Source: Alphaproteobacteria bacterium
GTDB taxonomy: Bacteria; Pseudomonadota; Alphaproteobacteria; Bin95
Assembly (NCBI GenBank): GCA_963665325.3
Contig: CAXXWS020000002.1
Coordinates: 544,001 to 608,000 of the forward strand
Direction of reading: 5' to 3'
DNA length: 64,000 nucleotides
Under the pieces are notes generated by a model, which made no database searches, was not told where the DNA came from, and saw nothing but the letters and a program-made list of their open reading frames with translations. Shown piece after piece: positions 60,533-64,000 of this stretch; within the stretch, counting starts at the first letter, position 1, and each line of letters opens with the position of its first letter. The position numbers and the translations under genes are program-made.

Positions 60533-60757
60533 TCAGCGGATGGAGACGAAGTCGTCTGTGCTGAGTCCGACCTGGCGGGCGATCTGGTGAAGGAGATAGG
60601 GGGGCAGATCGCCGGAGCCGTGAACGGGAACGGTGGTGGCCCGGCCGTCGGGGTGACGGAAGCGCTTGTGGGAACCGCGCTGGCGTACCTCGCGGAAGCC
60701 GAGCGCGGTGAGGATCGCGATGACCTCGCGAGGCCTCAGCGTCGGGGTGCTGGCCAT
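60533..60757 (-). CDS. hicA: HicA family toxin
   Basis: LGFREVRQRGSHKRFRHPDGRATTVPVH. Confidence 0.9.
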   Translation of the reverse strand: MASTPTLRPREVIAILTALGFREVRQRGSHKRFRHPDGRATTVPVHGSGDLPPYLLHQIARQVGLSTDDFVSIR

Positions 60758-60762
60758 GGCGG

Positions 60763-60969
60763 TCAGACGTGGACGGTGTGGGTGCCGACGAATTCGGTTT
60801 GCGGTTCGCTGTCCTCGTCCTCGAGGACGAGCGTAATGACCTCGATCAGGCGGTCGTGGAGCTGGTCGAGGGTGTCGGCGTGGGTATGGGCGCCGGGGAG
60901 CGCGGGGACATGGCCGACATATTGTCCGGTGACGGCGCACCGTTCGATGATGGCGGTGAAAGTGCGCAT
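60763..60969 (-). CDS. hicB: HicB family antitoxin (short form)
   Basis: YVGHVPALPGAHTHADTLDQL...EVI; no C-terminal DNA-binding domain. Confidence 0.85.
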   Translation of the reverse strand: MRTFTAIIERCAVTGQYVGHVPALPGAHTHADTLDQLHDRLIEVITLVLEDEDSEPQTEFVGTHTVHV

Positions 60970-61107
60970 GCGGCGCGTTCCTTTCATTGCGGGGTCGAGT
61001 GTAGAAGTTGCGCGAATTCGCGCAAGAGTATCGGGTGGCGCGAGGTCTGGCCGGCAGAGTCCCCGCCCGGATTGTCCGGGCGAGGCTGTGCTTGCAGCGG
61101 TAGGGGA

Positions 61108-61479
61108 TCAGCAGGGGGAGCGTGCGGCCTCGTCGAGGGCGCTGCGGGTCTCGACGATGCGCTCGGCCGCAGAAGCGGCGCGCGCGTAGATGGATATCGC
61201 GTACTCGGCGTCGAAGAAGATGTCGCGCTCGATGCCGAGGCCGAACGGCCCTTCGAAGGATTGGAGCTCCGCGAGGCTGACATAGCCGAGTTCGGGGAAA
61301 CCGAAGCCGAGGTCGGCCAGGCAGGCGAGCCGGTCGGGTTCGTCGGGATCGGCGTGTGTGATGAGCCAGGTTCCGGTGCCGGCAGGGTTGAAGAACTTGC
61401 ATGCGGGAGGACGGTCGGTGTCGGGGGTCCTGCCGTTGGCGATGAGCTGCGCGCGCAGCTCGGGCGTCAGAAGTTCCAT
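61108..61479 (-). CDS. DUF2958 family protein
   Basis: KFFNPAG.GTWL, LADLGFGFPELGYVSL.EL and IERD.FF motifs. Confidence 0.88.
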   Translation of the reverse strand: MELLTPELRAQLIANGRTPDTDRPPACKFFNPAGTGTWLITHADPDEPDRLACLADLGFGFPELGYVSLAELQSFEGPFGLGIERDIFFDAEYAISIYARAASAAERIVETRSALDEAARSPC

Positions 61480-61598
61480 GGAGCGTTCCTTGTCGGATTG
61501 CGGGGGGAGAAGGCCGGCAGCGCCGGCGGACGCCCGGAGGAGGCTTTCCTCTGCTCCGGGCGCTTCAGGGAGCGGTGGCTCCGGCGTTGCCGGGACGC

Positions 61599-62080
61599 TC
61601 AGTAGTCGATAATCCGGATGCGTACGTCGCCGTCCGTGACTTCCACGTCGGGGGCGCCATCCGGACGTCGGCGGATGACGACGGTGGGGCGGGCGTCCGG
61701 GGTTGGCAGTGTTGCCGGGCGGCTGGCGGTTATGTCGCCGTGCGGGGTCTTGAAACGGAACAGGACCTGTCCGCGCGTGACCTCTGTTGTCTCCTGCGGT
61801 GTTCCGGCGCCGTGGAAGGTGACAACCGGCAGAGGACCGCGTTCGGTATATTCGGCCGGCACGGAGAGGGCGGTCTGGCCCCATGGGTCGGAGTCGGCGC
61901 CCTCAGCCACGGCATCGACATATGTGTCAGAGACATGGTCGGTGGATTTCCAGCCGTCCATGTCCGTGTTGACGGTGTCGAGGGCCTTGCTGAGTGCTTC
62001 GTCGAGGCTCCCGGCTTCGACGGTGACGGTATTGGCCAGTGCGCGTTGTAGGCGCACTGGACCGTCCATTTCCGGGGCAT
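61599..62080 (-). CDS. Hypothetical protein with an apparent 1-nt frameshift near 62037
   Basis: ATG at 62080 overlaps the upstream stop (MPRKWTVQCAYNAHW). The frame continues as ANTVTVEAGSLDEAL only with one extra G. Confidence 0.5.
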
Positions 62081-63843
62081 CAGGCGGCCTCCTGCGGCGG
62101 GGCGAGAGCGACCGTGACGTCTGTGCCGCGGATGGTGATCGTGGCGGCGCGGTCGCGGGGGACGAGATAGCGGAGCTCGCGGTGCGTTGCGTCGAGCAGC
62201 GACTGGCGGATAGCCTCGTCATGGCCGCAGAGGAGCTTTGTCGAGAGCCTCGCGGATTCCTGGCGGAAGTGTTCGCGCTGGGTTTCCCAGGAATCGGCCT
62301 CGCAATCGTCGGAAGGCGAGAAATAGGCTGCCTCCAGCAGTTCCGCGAGCTCGTGGGGCTGCATGGGGGTTTCCTGGCGTAGGTGGATGCGCACGTCGTC
62401 GAGCCAGCCCCAGGGCTCGCCGCAGAGGACGACGTCGGTCGCCATTACGACGGTTCTGGTTGTGCCGTCATGGCGCTGCACGGTGAGGGTGAGGAGGATG
62501 TCCTCGGGCCGGTCCTTGGGATCCGTTTCGAGGTCGTCGGTTGTGCGGTCTGCGGTAGCGTCGGTGATGATGGCGGTATGCCCGCAGGACATCGACTCGA
62601 CGCGCAGGCCGATGACGCGGTCCAGACGGTCGTACCAGTCATAGCCTTCGAGTTGACGGTCGGTCTCGAAGACCTGGGCGGTGAGGTTCGCGCATGTCAG
62701 CGCGCGGTGGAGGGTCTGGGATTCCGGCGTCTCCGGATCGAATGCCATGACCAGGGCGGCCGGTGGAACCGGGGCGCGCACAGGTGATTCGCTCCAGTGG
62801 TTGACGTCGGCGACCGAGGGCTTCCACGTGCGGAGCAGTTTGCCGGGCGGCCGGATATCGATGCCGGCCTCGCGGGCGCGGCTCCAGTCCCGGAACGCGG
62901 GACAGGGGTCGGCGTCGTTGGCCATGGCACGGTAGATGCAGAGCCGGGCGGCCTTGCGCAGCTCGTCCAGGAAGGGGGTCTGCACGATTTCCTTCCGGGC
63001 GGGGAGGACGAGTTCGAGCCGGGGGCAGTCGACGATATCGGCGCGGACGGTCCAGGTGTCGTTGTTGACGGTCCGCACTTGCGGCATACCGGCAGCGACC
63101 GTGACGCCGTGAAAGTTGACGGTCGGATCGTCGTAGGAGGCATGGCGGTTACGGAAGACGCCGAAGACGAGGCCGTTCCACCGCTCGACATGGATTGCGC
63201 CGTCGAGGAAGGCTTTGCGCGGGAGTGCGTCTCCGCCCGGGGCGGTGCGGGGGATGCCTTCGAAGAAGACCGGCAGCGGGAAGTGCCTGGCGGCGGCTTT
63301 CGCTGCCGTGCGGATGGCCGTGGCGGTTTCGGTTGCGGGGAAGGATATGGAAGCGCCGTGGGGGAAAGGAGCGGCTTCAGAGGCGTGGATTGTCGCGTCT
63401 TCCTCGCCGAGGAAGTGCGCCGGCGTCAGGGCTGCCTGCCAGGCGGGAACGCCGGTGGCGGCGAGAACGGGGCGGGAGGAAACCGTGCAGCCGCGCCGCG
63501 CGAGGCTGGCGAAGCCGAACCCGGCGGCGTCCTCGCGTTCGACGAGGTCGGGGCTCCAGCCGTTCTCGCCGAAGCTGAGCAGGACGGCGGGATCGGAGAT
63601 GCCGGAGCCGTCGTCCGCGGTGGTGATGGAGAAACGCGGCTCCTGGCTCTCCGGCCCGCCCGGGAGAGGCGCGTCCGTGAGGGTGTCGATGGTTATGCGC
63701 AGGCGGGTGGCGCCGGCGCGGCGCGCGTTCTGGAATGTCTCGCTGAAGATGTCGCGAAGGCTGCTGTCGAAGAACCTGGTCACGCGCTTGACGGCGTTTT
63801 CGTGAACGCGGGCGCGGATGGTGGCGGGGAGTGCGGGGTTCAT
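62080..63843 (-). CDS. GHKL/HATPase-fold ATP-binding protein of ICE leading regions
   Basis: ETFQNARRAGAT (N box), DDGSGI (G1) and DAAGFGFASL (G2) motifs. Confidence 0.75.
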   Translation of the reverse strand: MNPALPATIRARVHENAVKRVTRFFDSSLRDIFSETFQNARRAGATRLRITIDTLTDAPLPGGPESQEPRFSITTADDGSGISDPAVLLSFGENGWSPDLVEREDAAGFGFASLARRGCTVSSRPVLAATGVPAWQAALTPAHFLGEEDATIHASEAAPFPHGASISFPATETATAIRTAAKAAARHFPLPVFFEGIPRTAPGGDALPRKAFLDGAIHVERWNGLVFGVFRNRHASYDDPTVNFHGVTVAAGMPQVRTVNNDTWTVRADIVDCPRLELVLPARKEIVQTPFLDELRKAARLCIYRAMANDADPCPAFRDWSRAREAGIDIRPPGKLLRTWKPSVADVNHWSESPVRAPVPPAALVMAFDPETPESQTLHRALTCANLTAQVFETDRQLEGYDWYDRLDRVIGLRVESMSCGHTAIITDATADRTTDDLETDPKDRPEDILLTLTVQRHDGTTRTVVMATDVVLCGEPWGWLDDVRIHLRQETPMQPHELAELLEAAYFSPSDDCEADSWETQREHFRQESARLSTKLLCGHDEAIRQSLLDATHRELRYLVPRDRAATITIRGTDVTVALAPPQEAA

Positions 63844-63927
63844 GGGGAACGCTCCGTTGGTGCGGTGAAACGGCGAACGCCCCACGCGGCAAGTGCCGGC
63901 GGGGCGTCGGTTGGGCCGGTCGTTCGA

Positions 63928-64000
63928 TCAGGCGTTGCGCAGGAAGGCCGGCAGGGAGCTGTCCGGTTCGGCGCCGGCGGCCGGGTGGTGCGAACCGTTC
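63928..64000 (-). CDS. 3' end of an upstream gene, possibly ParB-like
   Basis: ...AEPDSSLPAFLRNA*. Identity is guessed from context only. Confidence 0.35.
   Translation of the reverse strand, partial: NGSHHPAAGAEPDSSLPAFLRNA

Larger units (their letters stand above)
36737..64000. mobile_element. Defective ICE/conjugative element (pil genes plus leading region) with an internal deletion
   Basis: pilN-pilO', two ssb, toprim, strawberry-notch helicase, RadC, DUF2958 and TA modules. No relaxase, T4SS or integrase is visible in the window. Confidence 0.7.

Overview
GC-rich alphaproteobacterial DNA, probably Rhodospirillales-like: it has a sigma54 glnB-glnA operon, a DUF3576-leuS-lptE-holA cluster and a tRNA-His with genome-encoded G-1:C73. 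The window has three parts. (1) 3304-36736 is a 33.4-kb block of ordinary chromosomal genes (nitrogen assimilation, leuS, tpiA, two tRNAs, LLM oxidoreductases). Both terminal genes of this block, an isopropylmalate/isocitrate dehydrogenase and a CaiB CoA-transferase, are cut mid-gene. (2) On each side, about 36-37 bp from the cut, begins an outward-pointing type IVB-pilus pilN(secretin)-pilO operon. This suggests two related conjugative elements whose end lies just upstream of pilN. (3) 36737-64000 is a damaged ICE/plasmid-like region with leading-region genes (two ssb, toprim protein, PAPS reductase, strawberry-notch methylase/helicase, RadC, DUF2958, RelE-like and HicAB toxin-antitoxin genes). 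It carries two apparently identical, inverted copies of a 4384-bp TG...CA transposon (38810-43193 and 49827-54210). The transposon encodes a Zn-ribbon/HTH protein, a DDE transposase, an ExeA/MuB-like AAA+ ATPase and a RepA-like (AAA_25) helicase with a winged helix, followed by an origin-like iteron and hairpin region. Copy 2 has a 5-bp target duplication. Copy 1 has mismatched flanks and marks a deletion. The best candidates for novelty are this helicase- and origin-bearing Mu-like transposon, the twin pilN-proximal junctions, and a dispersed non-coding element of about 0.4 kb present twice in the host block. All calls come from motif recognition by eye; no searches were run.
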